From Sedimentisphaeraceae bacterium JB056 (GTDB lineage Bacteria > Planctomycetota > Phycisphaerae > Sedimentisphaerales > Sedimentisphaeraceae), in NCBI GenBank assembly GCA_044440125.1, contig JBITAJ010000029.1:224001-288000 (forward strand): a stretch of 64,000 nt of DNA. Reading direction: 5' to 3'. This document shows positions 48,601 to 56,200 of the stretch, piece after piece; the stretch's first letter is position 1; every line of letters starts with the position of its first letter. Made by a program: the position numbers and the translations under genes. The notes below the pieces were generated by a model. The model had not been told where the DNA came from and did no database searches. It saw only the letters and a program-made list of their open reading frames with translations.

Positions 48601-49265
48601 TCTGTAATTCTACGATTGCTGCATGGCCCCAAATTAAGGCGCAGTATATAAACCCTGTTACAAACTTTAACAATGCCGGCTTTAACACGAAGTCTGCGAT
48701 AACAGAGTTCAATGTGATAGGCCCGGGCAGAGCTTTGGATGAAAGAGTTGAACACTCATTCGGTCGCGCGATTGGTGAGGCACAAACTGTATGTTCTATT
48801 TTTAATGAACTGGGCTCTTGCTTCTTTGTACATGATTTAGTAAGGAAAGATCCAAACTCGACATGGTTTGCAAGGCTTGACTATTATCCTGCTAACGAAT
48901 CAGGTCAGAAGTATTATCCATTTGCTGAATTTGTTGCAGATAGTATGGCAACAAATCATGGGCACGGAAATATCGTGTACAGTAATACGACAACAGGCGT
49001 ATGTGTAAGTAAGCATTCTGATTACTTGTATATTACGGCGGTTAATAAGAGCGATGAATATCGAGGTATAACACTTGATGTCGATGGAGTTTCTTATGAT
49101 ACAAGTAAGGCGACTGATATGCATCAGCTTATAAGTGATGATCCTGATTGCTTCTACTTTAACTATTTTGAATATGAATATACTCAACCTGCTCCTACAA
49201 GTGGAGATGTCTATATTGAGGCATACCCATACAGTATAACTGCGGCTAAAGTATATATTCAGTAA
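45606..49265 (+). CDS. Secreted multidomain clan GH-A glycoside hydrolase with three N-terminal 'DxFxR...NGW' modules
   Basis: AAGGAG before GTG 45606; signal peptide; three modules; LRYPGGT, WEIGNE, ITEFN; catalytic part is a clear paralogue of 19997-22009. Confidence 0.82.
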   Translation: MKFKFNSLMLVAVLCCSFVYAEFDDNFTRSDSNTVGNGWVETESSTSQLDIQIVNNEVSWVRIGSTDTNSDGSIEHTFDAASEISIQMKMPVIGSDGPSMIFTIYDDDSNKIGVLLAEKYGTDGQVVRIYVNGVEAATRNVDDYDTYNTYKFVISDSGQVSVLFNNSTEWESPHGTLGYATKANVKFSRWWRWNQAFADTFNTTDAPDACQCDPNLIDIERISEIALNDEFSRSDNSDVGNGWTETSAGNAGGGGSLPSAEISGREVLFKRNGWGSNAYAKISRSFAVSQNIDNASVDLALDTNASSGSNVTYTDFKVTGTNRDVSARVFVDTNDSSKLGVGLYDEGTWSWGQTSNNGSFNNLRFTNEIINGQQETCFYFNDSLLWTSDDGGLGVITDAEVSANWKVWVDTAQQYADNFVCSKTISSDIDVFDRPDSTTVGNSWTQTYAGNAGGGGSNPSSEIYGNEIVFKRNGWGSNAYAMISKSFDSTQNIDNVSIDLALGTDASQGSNVTYTELKLTGTERNVNARVFVDTNDDTKLGVGLYDEGTWTWGQTSNNGSYNNLRFTNEMVSGQQQTRFYFNDTLLWTSDDGGVGMITDAEISANWKIWVDTTQQYADNFIADSSCLFDEDDSTYLYPGENEYLISKDSSELIMIEMFIDAAAEGSVWVDCGDVMPRVINYELGKTWYRLRIPYSTSRNIIVSWDDPNDNAKWCDIRVASRTAVPNSFTATDTVNISLDITGEGSTAVSEVPFGVMCNWWENGLVDAILDSSVSQELISLFADYGVDGLRYPGGTGTYGYPLSSDAIQPYIDAGLTDYAYGLYADPIVWASAEDYLDFCIAAGITSWYEINPGYWFDSVNDDVYKSIPMKTDDPNMTTYLTQAVSAAVDFADTLHTSGADVIWEIGNEDYCYYSGDDYAVLCEAFVEGIKYEYPNDKFAVCGDSNSWSDWTFHNDLVDALEVSNISDVEYSSNHLYLTGVGYWDSTGYHAYPWNTARDICNSTIAAWPQIKAQYINPVTNFNNAGFNTKSAITEFNVIGPGRALDERVEHSFGRAIGEAQTVCSIFNELGSCFFVHDLVRKDPNSTWFARLDYYPANESGQKYYPFAEFVADSMATNHGHGNIVYSNTTTGVCVSKHSDYLYITAVNKSDEYRGITLDVDGVSYDTSKATDMHQLISDDPDCFYFNYFEYEYTQPAPTSGDVYIEAYPYSITAAKVYIQ
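46290..47465 (+). repeat. Intragenic tandem domain duplication (period 603 bp)
   Basis: Modules starting at 46290 and 46893 align without gaps; about three quarters identical amino acids by hand count. Confidence 0.9.
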
Positions 49266-49273
49266 GTAAACAG

Positions 49274-49312
49274 AAAGTCCGTGGGGGAGTTAATTGTCCT
49301 CACGGACTTTTC
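49274..49312. terminator. Bidirectional intrinsic terminator between convergent genes
   Basis: AAAGTCCGTGGGGG...TCCTCACGGACTTT stem flanked by A and T tracts. Confidence 0.8.
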
Positions 49313-49332
49313 TTGTTTTTCATATCGTAGCC

Positions 49333-50151
49333 CTATTTGTGGTCGTTCAGTTTTCTGAATATGCCAGGTGATGCACCGGTGTGTTTTTTGAAAAAACGCG
49401 AGAAGTAGTATTCTGAACTGAAGTTCAGTTTCTCTGCTATTGCTTTGACATTGGAATCACTTGTCAAGAGCATCTCGGTAGCTTTTCTTGTTAATGAATT
49501 GTCAAGAAAATTCTTTGGCGTTGTCTTGATATCCCGGGTGAATTTTCTGGAAAATACATCCTGTCTCATACCAGCCATATTTGCCAGCATTGCTACTGTT
49601 GTTGTAGCGTCCCCGAATTGCTGCACAAAATCAAATATTTTCTCATATCTCTGCCATGAAACATTCTTTTCAACGGTCTCAGGTTTATTCTTCAGCAATG
49701 ATGTGCATATTCCAAATATTATTTCATTGATACGGCAAAGAGTACTTATGTTTTCTGTTTCGGTTACAAGCTGTTTTGCTTCGTTGATGAGTTTTGGGTT
49801 TTTAAACACTTCGCATTTGTGATAGTTCTTGAAAGTGTCAAATCCATAGAATAGGTCGAGATTGAAATGGAATGAGACGAATTTAAGATTGTCGGTCAGC
49901 TTTGAATCTATGCAATGAAAACATGGTATGAAGTAGATATGTCCTTTTTGCAGAGGAAACATCTGCCCCGAAGAAGAATCACGCATAAAACTGTCTTTAT
50001 GCCCGCTATCATCAAGAATCATCAATAGTCGGTTTATAACTAAAAAAGAGTTTTGGGCTTCAATAGGAAAGGTGCCTGTTGTGGTTTGAACCAGTCTTAG
50101 ATTAAAGAATGAATGTAGTCTAACTAAATTCTTTTTTGAGTCAACTGCCAT
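49333..50151 (-). CDS. AraC-family transcriptional regulator
   Basis: C-terminal LANMAGM...FSRKF...VKAIAEKLNFSSEYYFSRFFKKHTGASP; likely start ATG 50151. Confidence 0.92.
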   Translation of the reverse strand: MAVDSKKNLVRLHSFFNLRLVQTTTGTFPIEAQNSFLVINRLLMILDDSGHKDSFMRDSSSGQMFPLQKGHIYFIPCFHCIDSKLTDNLKFVSFHFNLDLFYGFDTFKNYHKCEVFKNPKLINEAKQLVTETENISTLCRINEIIFGICTSLLKNKPETVEKNVSWQRYEKIFDFVQQFGDATTTVAMLANMAGMRQDVFSRKFTRDIKTTPKNFLDNSLTRKATEMLLTSDSNVKAIAEKLNFSSEYYFSRFFKKHTGASPGIFRKLNDHK

Positions 50152-50262
50152 AAAAGTATAAGTTTCTGCAAAATATATCCATTCATAAAGTTGGTTTTTG
50201 ATAGTATAATAACAATATATCACAAAAATTATCTTAAGCAAGACATAAAAGTGATTAAAATA

Positions 50263-52485
50263 ATGGGAAATAATATGTTGTATGGGACTTTTGAAAAAGA
50301 CAAGCCGTATTTGTGGAAAAAATTCAGTGATCCTGAGTTTGATGCTGCAACAGGCTTGGACAATGACTTCATAAAGGCAGAGGTTTTAAAGTTGGCTGAG
50401 AGCATGAAGAATGAGCCGCGAAAAATCACCAAAGCCAGACTTTTTGAGTATATTACACGTAATGTTCGCATTGATGTCAGTCCGCATGACTGGTTTGTTG
50501 GCTTTGCCTGCTGGGATCGAAATGACAGGTTTCTTTCTCCAATTGTTTACGGCATATGGAACGAAGAGCTCGATGAAAAATGTCCAGATACGATCACTTT
50601 GAGAAACAGCTTGCGGGAATCTGCGGTGGCGGCGATATGGCCTGATTTTGATCATTCGGTTCCCGACTGGGATGCTGTTTTTGAGCTTGGTTTTTCCGGA
50701 CTTCGCCAACGGGCAAGAAATTGTCGTAGGGAAAGGGAGGCTGGTTTTACTCTTACCGATGAGGCAGCTGAATATTTTGATGCGATAGAGATTACTTATA
50801 AAGCTATTATTGAGATGATGGAGCGGTTTTACTCTTATACGATTGAGCATGCTGATGGCAATCTTCGTATGTTGGAAGTTGGCAAATGTCTGCGTCAATT
50901 GATTGAGGGTGCTCCGAGAAATACATTTGAGGTATTGCAGCTAATCTATCTGTACTTTATATTCAGTGAACACATTGATCATATGCAGGTCCGATCGCTG
51001 AGTAATCTTGACCAGACCCTGTATCCTTATTATAAAAATGATTTAGAAAACGGAACCTATACTGAGCTGCAAATTCGTGAGCTTATCGATTACTTTCTTA
51101 TGCAGTATGCTTCTATCAACAACTACTGGGGGCATCCATTTTATCTTGGCGGTACAAAAAGCAATGGTGAAAGCAAAATTAATGAGCTGTCATTTTTGAT
51201 TTTGGAGGAATTTGAAAAACTGGATATCTGCTCGCCTAAAATACAACTTAAAATAGCCGACAATACGCCGCCAGATTTTCTTGAGAAGGCACTGAATATG
51301 GTTCGCAGCCATAACAGCAGTCTTGTGTTTGTGAGTGAAAAAAATATTAAGAGAGCTATGATGGGGCTTGGATTCTCCGAAGACGAGGCTCGTGAATGTG
51401 ATATAAATGGTTGCTATGAATATAATGTCAAGGCTCGTGAAGTCAAGACGGGGCCTGTTTATCTGAATTTGTTAAAGCCGGTTGAGTTAGTTTTTAATAA
51501 TGGTATTGATCCGAGCAGTGGTATAAAGTGCGGCTGTGAAACCGGTGAAGTTGAATCATTGGCAAGTTTCAGTGATTTTTACAAAGCCTATATCAAGCAG
51601 CTTGAGTTTATATTGGAATCATCTTTTAAGTGCGTGGATGAATTTGAGCAGTATCTTCATTTGACCAATCCGGCGAATGTATTTTCAGCAACAATTGAGA
51701 ATAGTCTGCGAACGGCTCGTGATGCTTTCGCCCACGGTTCTGTTTATAATAACACAATTATTCTTCATACCGGTTTGGCGAGTGCGGCGGATTCTTTGGC
51801 TGCGATTAGACAACTCGTGTATGAAGGTAGGGAAGTGTCTCTATCTGAAATGAAGAAGATATTAGCTTCTGATTGGCAGAGATATGAAAATCTACGGCTT
51901 AAAATACTCAATAGCAAACAAAGGTTCGGCAATGGGTGTGGTGAGGTTGATTCTATTGCCGAGGCTATCGGACGTTTCTGTTCTAATAAAATCAATATGC
52001 GTCCAAATTCCCGTGGCGGGTTTTATAAGGCTGCTATGCATTCGGCCAGAACTTTCATTACTCTTGGCGAGTTGACAGGGGCTACTCCTGACGGGCGAAA
52101 GAAGGGTGATGAAATGTCTAAGAATATTTCGCCTGTAATGGGGATGGATGTTAATGGCGTTACTGCTTTACTGAATTCTGTTTCCCAAATCGATTCGGCT
52201 TTGTTCCCAGAGGATTACGCTTTGGATGTTATGCTTCACCCGGCCACTACAGAAGGTGATGAGGGGCTGGAGGCGATGAAGAATCTTGTCAGGGTTTATA
52301 TGGATAGAAACGGAGCTTCAATCCACTTTAATATTTTTGATGCGAATGTGCTGCTTGAGGCTCAGCGTCATCCTGAGAAATACAGGGGATTGCAGGTTCG
52401 GGTATGCGGGTGGAACGTACGTTTCACTGACCTATGCAAAGAAGAGCAGGATGCGTATATTAAGCGTGCGATAAATATTCAATAA
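50263..52485 (+). CDS. Glycyl radical enzyme (PFL2/eliminase-like), subfamily unassigned
   Basis: Cys loop NGCYE, GATPDGR, HFNI, AQRHPEKYRGLQVRVCGW glycyl loop; start 50263 or 50275. Confidence 0.92.
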   Translation: MGNNMLYGTFEKDKPYLWKKFSDPEFDAATGLDNDFIKAEVLKLAESMKNEPRKITKARLFEYITRNVRIDVSPHDWFVGFACWDRNDRFLSPIVYGIWNEELDEKCPDTITLRNSLRESAVAAIWPDFDHSVPDWDAVFELGFSGLRQRARNCRREREAGFTLTDEAAEYFDAIEITYKAIIEMMERFYSYTIEHADGNLRMLEVGKCLRQLIEGAPRNTFEVLQLIYLYFIFSEHIDHMQVRSLSNLDQTLYPYYKNDLENGTYTELQIRELIDYFLMQYASINNYWGHPFYLGGTKSNGESKINELSFLILEEFEKLDICSPKIQLKIADNTPPDFLEKALNMVRSHNSSLVFVSEKNIKRAMMGLGFSEDEARECDINGCYEYNVKAREVKTGPVYLNLLKPVELVFNNGIDPSSGIKCGCETGEVESLASFSDFYKAYIKQLEFILESSFKCVDEFEQYLHLTNPANVFSATIENSLRTARDAFAHGSVYNNTIILHTGLASAADSLAAIRQLVYEGREVSLSEMKKILASDWQRYENLRLKILNSKQRFGNGCGEVDSIAEAIGRFCSNKINMRPNSRGGFYKAAMHSARTFITLGELTGATPDGRKKGDEMSKNISPVMGMDVNGVTALLNSVSQIDSALFPEDYALDVMLHPATTEGDEGLEAMKNLVRVYMDRNGASIHFNIFDANVLLEAQRHPEKYRGLQVRVCGWNVRFTDLCKEEQDAYIKRAINIQ

Positions 52486-52495
52486 AAAAGCTGAA

Positions 52496-53395
52496 ATGAG
52501 TAGAACAGGATTAGTATTTGATATTAAGCGGTTCGCTGTGCATGATGGGCCTGGAATACGCACAACTGTTTTCTTGAAAGGCTGCGGACTCCAATGCAAG
52601 TGGTGCCATAATCCGGAGAGTATTTCACGGCAGCCGCAGCTTGCTTACTATGCGGATAAGTGCATTAATTGCAGTGAGTGTGTTTCGGTTTGTCCTTACT
52701 CCGCGCATCAGATAGTTGCCAGTAAACATTTGTTTGATAGAGATAAATGCAAATTATGTAATGAATGCGAGGCAGTTTGTCTGGGCGATGCACTTAAGAT
52801 TTATGGCAAGCAGATGAGCGTTGATGAAGTTTTGTCTATTGTTTTGGAAGACTGTGTGTTCTTTGATCAATCCGGTGGCGGAGTAACTCTTTCCGGCGGT
52901 GAACCTTTGGTTCAAAGCGGATTTTGCTATGAGCTTTTGGTGGAATTTAAAAAGCATGGCTTGCATACGACAGTTGATACGTGCGGTAATGTGAGTTGGA
53001 GTGATTTTGAAAAGGTCCTATCTGTAACGGATATGTTTCTTTATGATATCAAGCACATTTACGAAAAACCACATATAGCTAATACTGGTGCGTCTAACAA
53101 GAAAATTCTTGCAAACTTAAATAAGCTTTCGCAGTGCGGCAAGCCGATAGAGATTCGTATACCGCTAATCCCTGGATTCAATATGGATCAAGAAAGTGCT
53201 AAGGCATTTGGTGAGATACTTGGCAGCTTGTCAAATATTTCAGCAGTTAAATTGCTGGCTTATCATGATTTTGCAAGGTCGAAATATAAAGCTCTCGGAC
53301 TTGCCAATACTATGCCGAGGGTTGATCTGCCATCGCAATCACAGATAGAGGAGATTGCAGATTGTCTGAGGAAATTTAATTTGGTTGTGAAATAA
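52496..53395 (+). CDS. Glycyl-radical enzyme activating protein (radical SAM with ferredoxin insert)
   Basis: [37 protein letters not shown] and [21 protein letters not shown]. Confidence 0.95.
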   Translation: MSRTGLVFDIKRFAVHDGPGIRTTVFLKGCGLQCKWCHNPESISRQPQLAYYADKCINCSECVSVCPYSAHQIVASKHLFDRDKCKLCNECEAVCLGDALKIYGKQMSVDEVLSIVLEDCVFFDQSGGGVTLSGGEPLVQSGFCYELLVEFKKHGLHTTVDTCGNVSWSDFEKVLSVTDMFLYDIKHIYEKPHIANTGASNKKILANLNKLSQCGKPIEIRIPLIPGFNMDQESAKAFGEILGSLSNISAVKLLAYHDFARSKYKALGLANTMPRVDLPSQSQIEEIADCLRKFNLVVK

Positions 53396-53417
53396 TGTTA
53401 ATATAGAAAGTAGATTA

Positions 53418-53798
53418 ATGAAATCGGAACGTTATAAAAAAGGTGTTGAGAGACTTAAAGAGATGGGTGATACCAGTCCTATAGCAGGCGATTTGGATAA
53501 GGCCTTGCCGGATTTATCAAAATATATACGTGAATTTGCATTTGGAGATATTCACTCTCGCCCGGTGCTTACAAAAAAAGAGCGAGAAATATCGATAATA
53601 GCTTCCCTTACTACGCTGGGCTATGCTCCAAAAGAATTGAAATCACATATCAATATGGCTTTGAATATAGGATGCACAAAAGAAGAAATCTTAGAGGTTA
53701 TTATGCAGATGGCTGTTTATGCAGGTTTTCCTGCTGCCGTCAATGGGGTTTATGCAGCAGAGGAAGTTTTTAGCGAACGTAAAGAATCTGGCCAGTAG
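53418..53798 (+). CDS. Carboxymuconolactone decarboxylase family protein
   Basis: [39 protein letters not shown]. Confidence 0.9.
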   Translation: MKSERYKKGVERLKEMGDTSPIAGDLDKALPDLSKYIREFAFGDIHSRPVLTKKEREISIIASLTTLGYAPKELKSHINMALNIGCTKEEILEVIMQMAVYAGFPAAVNGVYAAEEVFSERKESGQ

Positions 53799-53867
53799 TA
53801 TCGTGATTCTGCTTTTAACAATTTCAGGGCAGGACTAATCCCTTCAGGAAGATAGTAAGAGTACTTT

Positions 53868-53917
53868 AAAGGCTGTCGCAACAGAGTATGTTATATGCTG
53901 TTGCGACAGCCTTTTTA
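53868..53917 (+). terminator. Intrinsic terminator after the GRE operon
   Basis: 17-bp stem AAAGGCTGTCGCAACAG / CTGTTGCGACAGCCTTT followed by Ts. Confidence 0.85.
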
Positions 53918-53940
53918 TTGCGCAAATGCAAATAAAGTTC

Positions 53941-54000
53941 TTGCATTTGCCACTTTTATACAATAATATTGTTACTACAAGTAAGGTACAACTTGTATAA
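53941..54000 (+). promoter_or_regulatory. Putative promoter and GntR-type operator half-sites
   Basis: TTGCAT (53941-53946), 17 bp, TAATAT (53964-53969); TACAA three times and inverted pair TACAAGT/ACTTGTA. Confidence 0.5.
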
Positions 54001-54021
54001 TAATGCTAATACAGGTAGACA

Positions 54022-55125
54022 ATGCAGAGAGAAACTAAAAAAACAGGCCATAAATGGCGAGATATACGTGATTATATAGTCTCAATGGCAACATCAGGCG
54101 AGTACAAGCCCGGTGATGCGCTGCCCAGTGAAAACAGTATTTGCCAGCAGGCAGGTGCATCAAGGACTACTGTACGGCAGGCTCTCAAAGAACTTGAAAA
54201 TGAAGGTTTTGTAAGACGAATACGCGGTAAAGGCACTTTTTTAGCTGATATCACTGATAAGCCTTCAATGGTTTCAAAAGGTATGCATCAGGTGTTCAGT
54301 CTCGTTATTCCTGAGATGTCAGAGTATATTTATTCATCTCTTGCCCAGGGATTTGAAGGGTTTCTTGCAAATGAAAGCCTACAGACATTGATATGTGATT
54401 CTGGAAATGATATCTCCCGTCAGGGTAATATATTCCTGCAATTATTGCATAAGAGGATAGATGGTGTCGCTGTTGTACCTACAACTGATGGTAAAACGCC
54501 TGCTTTTCATATACAGATGCTTATTGATAGCGGAATCCCCGTAGTTTTGTGTCATCGTGGTTTGGACGGAGTGCGGGTTCCTGTTGTTACATGGGATAGA
54601 GAAAAAGTTGGGCAGATAGCTGCCGAGGCACTTCTTGAAAAAGGTCATACAAACATTGCATATTACGCCGGGCATAAATATGAAGTGCCTTTGTCTCATG
54701 TTAAGGGTATTAATAAGGTATTTGAGCTTTCCGATCAGAATGTGTTTTTTGGCAATCAGGGTGATGATGACCAGACTCTTGCTGACCGCGAGAATATTAT
54801 ATCCGGCATTCTCGATTCTGATAACAGGCCTACCGCAATTATTTGCAATAATGAGACGGAAGCTGAAAGAGTTTTCTGGGTTGCTTACCGAATGGGGCTT
54901 AGAATACCCGAAGATATATCTTTGGTTGGTTTTGGTGACAGCCGCCGTAATACAATCTTCAAGAAAATGCTTACATCAGTGGTGATTGATGAGTCTGAGC
55001 TTGGTGGGATAGCGGCCAAGATGCTCTGTGAGATAAATGGCAGACAGCGGTCTATAAATGACAACTCTGTGATATACCAGGGGTTGTATCTATATGAAGG
55101 AGCATCTGTTTCTGATTTGAAATAG
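54022..55125 (+). CDS. GntR-HTH / LacI-type effector-domain regulator (AraR-like architecture)
   Basis: PGDALPSE...SRTTVRQALKELENEG...R..GKGTF followed by a sugar-binding domain (IPEDISLVGF). Confidence 0.92.
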   Translation: MQRETKKTGHKWRDIRDYIVSMATSGEYKPGDALPSENSICQQAGASRTTVRQALKELENEGFVRRIRGKGTFLADITDKPSMVSKGMHQVFSLVIPEMSEYIYSSLAQGFEGFLANESLQTLICDSGNDISRQGNIFLQLLHKRIDGVAVVPTTDGKTPAFHIQMLIDSGIPVVLCHRGLDGVRVPVVTWDREKVGQIAAEALLEKGHTNIAYYAGHKYEVPLSHVKGINKVFELSDQNVFFGNQGDDDQTLADRENIISGILDSDNRPTAIICNNETEAERVFWVAYRMGLRIPEDISLVGFGDSRRNTIFKKMLTSVVIDESELGGIAAKMLCEINGRQRSINDNSVIYQGLYLYEGASVSDLK

Positions 55126-55193
55126 ATTGATAGTTTATGAAATGACCTGTTAAACAGGCTTAATATTGACAATATAAAAGGTTTTATTAAAAA

Positions 55194-56090
55194 ATGGAAG
55201 ATAAGAACAAAAGTGTAAGTGGTGTTATTGTACCTATAATAACACCTGTAGATTCTGACGGTAATGTTGAAGTGGCCGAACTCAAGAAGATGATAGACCA
55301 TCTCTTGAATGCCGGTGTTGATGGAATTTTCGTAGGCGGATCGGCTGGAATGGGTCCGCTTCTCAAAGATGACCAGTGGAAGGTGTTGTCTAAGACTGCT
55401 TATGATTATGTTGACGGTCGTTGCATTCTTTTTGGAGGTGCGATATCTACATCCACAGCCAGAGCGATTGATAAGATTAGGTTTCTTGAGGATTGCGGCT
55501 ATAAATATGTTGCGGTAACTCCTACATACTATATAACGCTTGCCCGAAGTGATCAGTTCCTTGCACATTTCAAGGCTTGCAAGGCTGCGACATCAATGGA
55601 TATGGTTGTTTATAATATTCCTTCCTGCACAGGAAGTTCCATTCCTGTTGAGGTGTTGGAGGAGCTTGCCGCAGAAGGTCTGTATTCAGTATTAAAAGAA
55701 AGCAGCGGTGATAAGGAATACTTTGAGAAGGTCATTGCCATAGGTAAAAAATATGGCTTGAGTATTCTGCAGGGTAATGAGCCTGATATTGAATGGGGAT
55801 TTAAGCAGGGTGCTAAAGGCATTGTGCCTGTTTGTGCGAATTATGAACCGGCTACTTATGTTTCCGCTTGCAAGGCCGCTGTTTCCGGAGATGATGACAT
55901 CTTGCATGCTGCTCAGGAAAGAGCCAACTCTATCCGAGATACACTTCTTGTAAATGCGGAAAATTGGATTGCCGGAATTATGTATGGTCTTAAGTCTCTT
56001 GGAATAGGCAACGGTATACCGATTTGTCCGCTTCAGGAGATATCCGAAAATTCAAAGAGCAATATTGATAAAATTACGCTGGTTAATTGA
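55194..56090 (+). CDS. DHDPS/NAL-family aldolase (possible nonulosonate lyase)
   Basis: PIITP, GVDGIFVGGSAG, VVYNIP, LKESSG; adjacent to a NanM/SSS fusion. Confidence 0.85.
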   Translation: MEDKNKSVSGVIVPIITPVDSDGNVEVAELKKMIDHLLNAGVDGIFVGGSAGMGPLLKDDQWKVLSKTAYDYVDGRCILFGGAISTSTARAIDKIRFLEDCGYKYVAVTPTYYITLARSDQFLAHFKACKAATSMDMVVYNIPSCTGSSIPVEVLEELAAEGLYSVLKESSGDKEYFEKVIAIGKKYGLSILQGNEPDIEWGFKQGAKGIVPVCANYEPATYVSACKAAVSGDDDILHAAQERANSIRDTLLVNAENWIAGIMYGLKSLGIGNGIPICPLQEISENSKSNIDKITLVN

Positions 56091-56130
56091 TATATCTTAA
56101 CATTTCGTTATTGATTTTTGTTATTTAAGG

Positions 56131-56175
56131 CTGTCGTGATGATGGGATTTTATTACTTCATCACGACAGGTTTTT
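56131..56175 (+). terminator. Stem-loop with T tract between aldolase and transporter genes
   Basis: CTGTCGTGATGA / TCATCACGACAG 12-bp stem, 15-nt loop, then GTTTTT. Confidence 0.6.
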
Positions 56176-56200
56176 GAAACAGGAGCACATATTGGATAGT

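Noticed and set aside
50149..50252. Short direct repeats (AATATATC twice, CATAAAAGT twice) as AraC sites
   Set aside because: Too short and AT-rich to distinguish from chance.
50263..52485. Calling the GRE pyruvate formate-lyase (pflB) or cutC
   Set aside because: Lacks the adjacent Cys-Cys of PFL and has no cut or microcompartment context.
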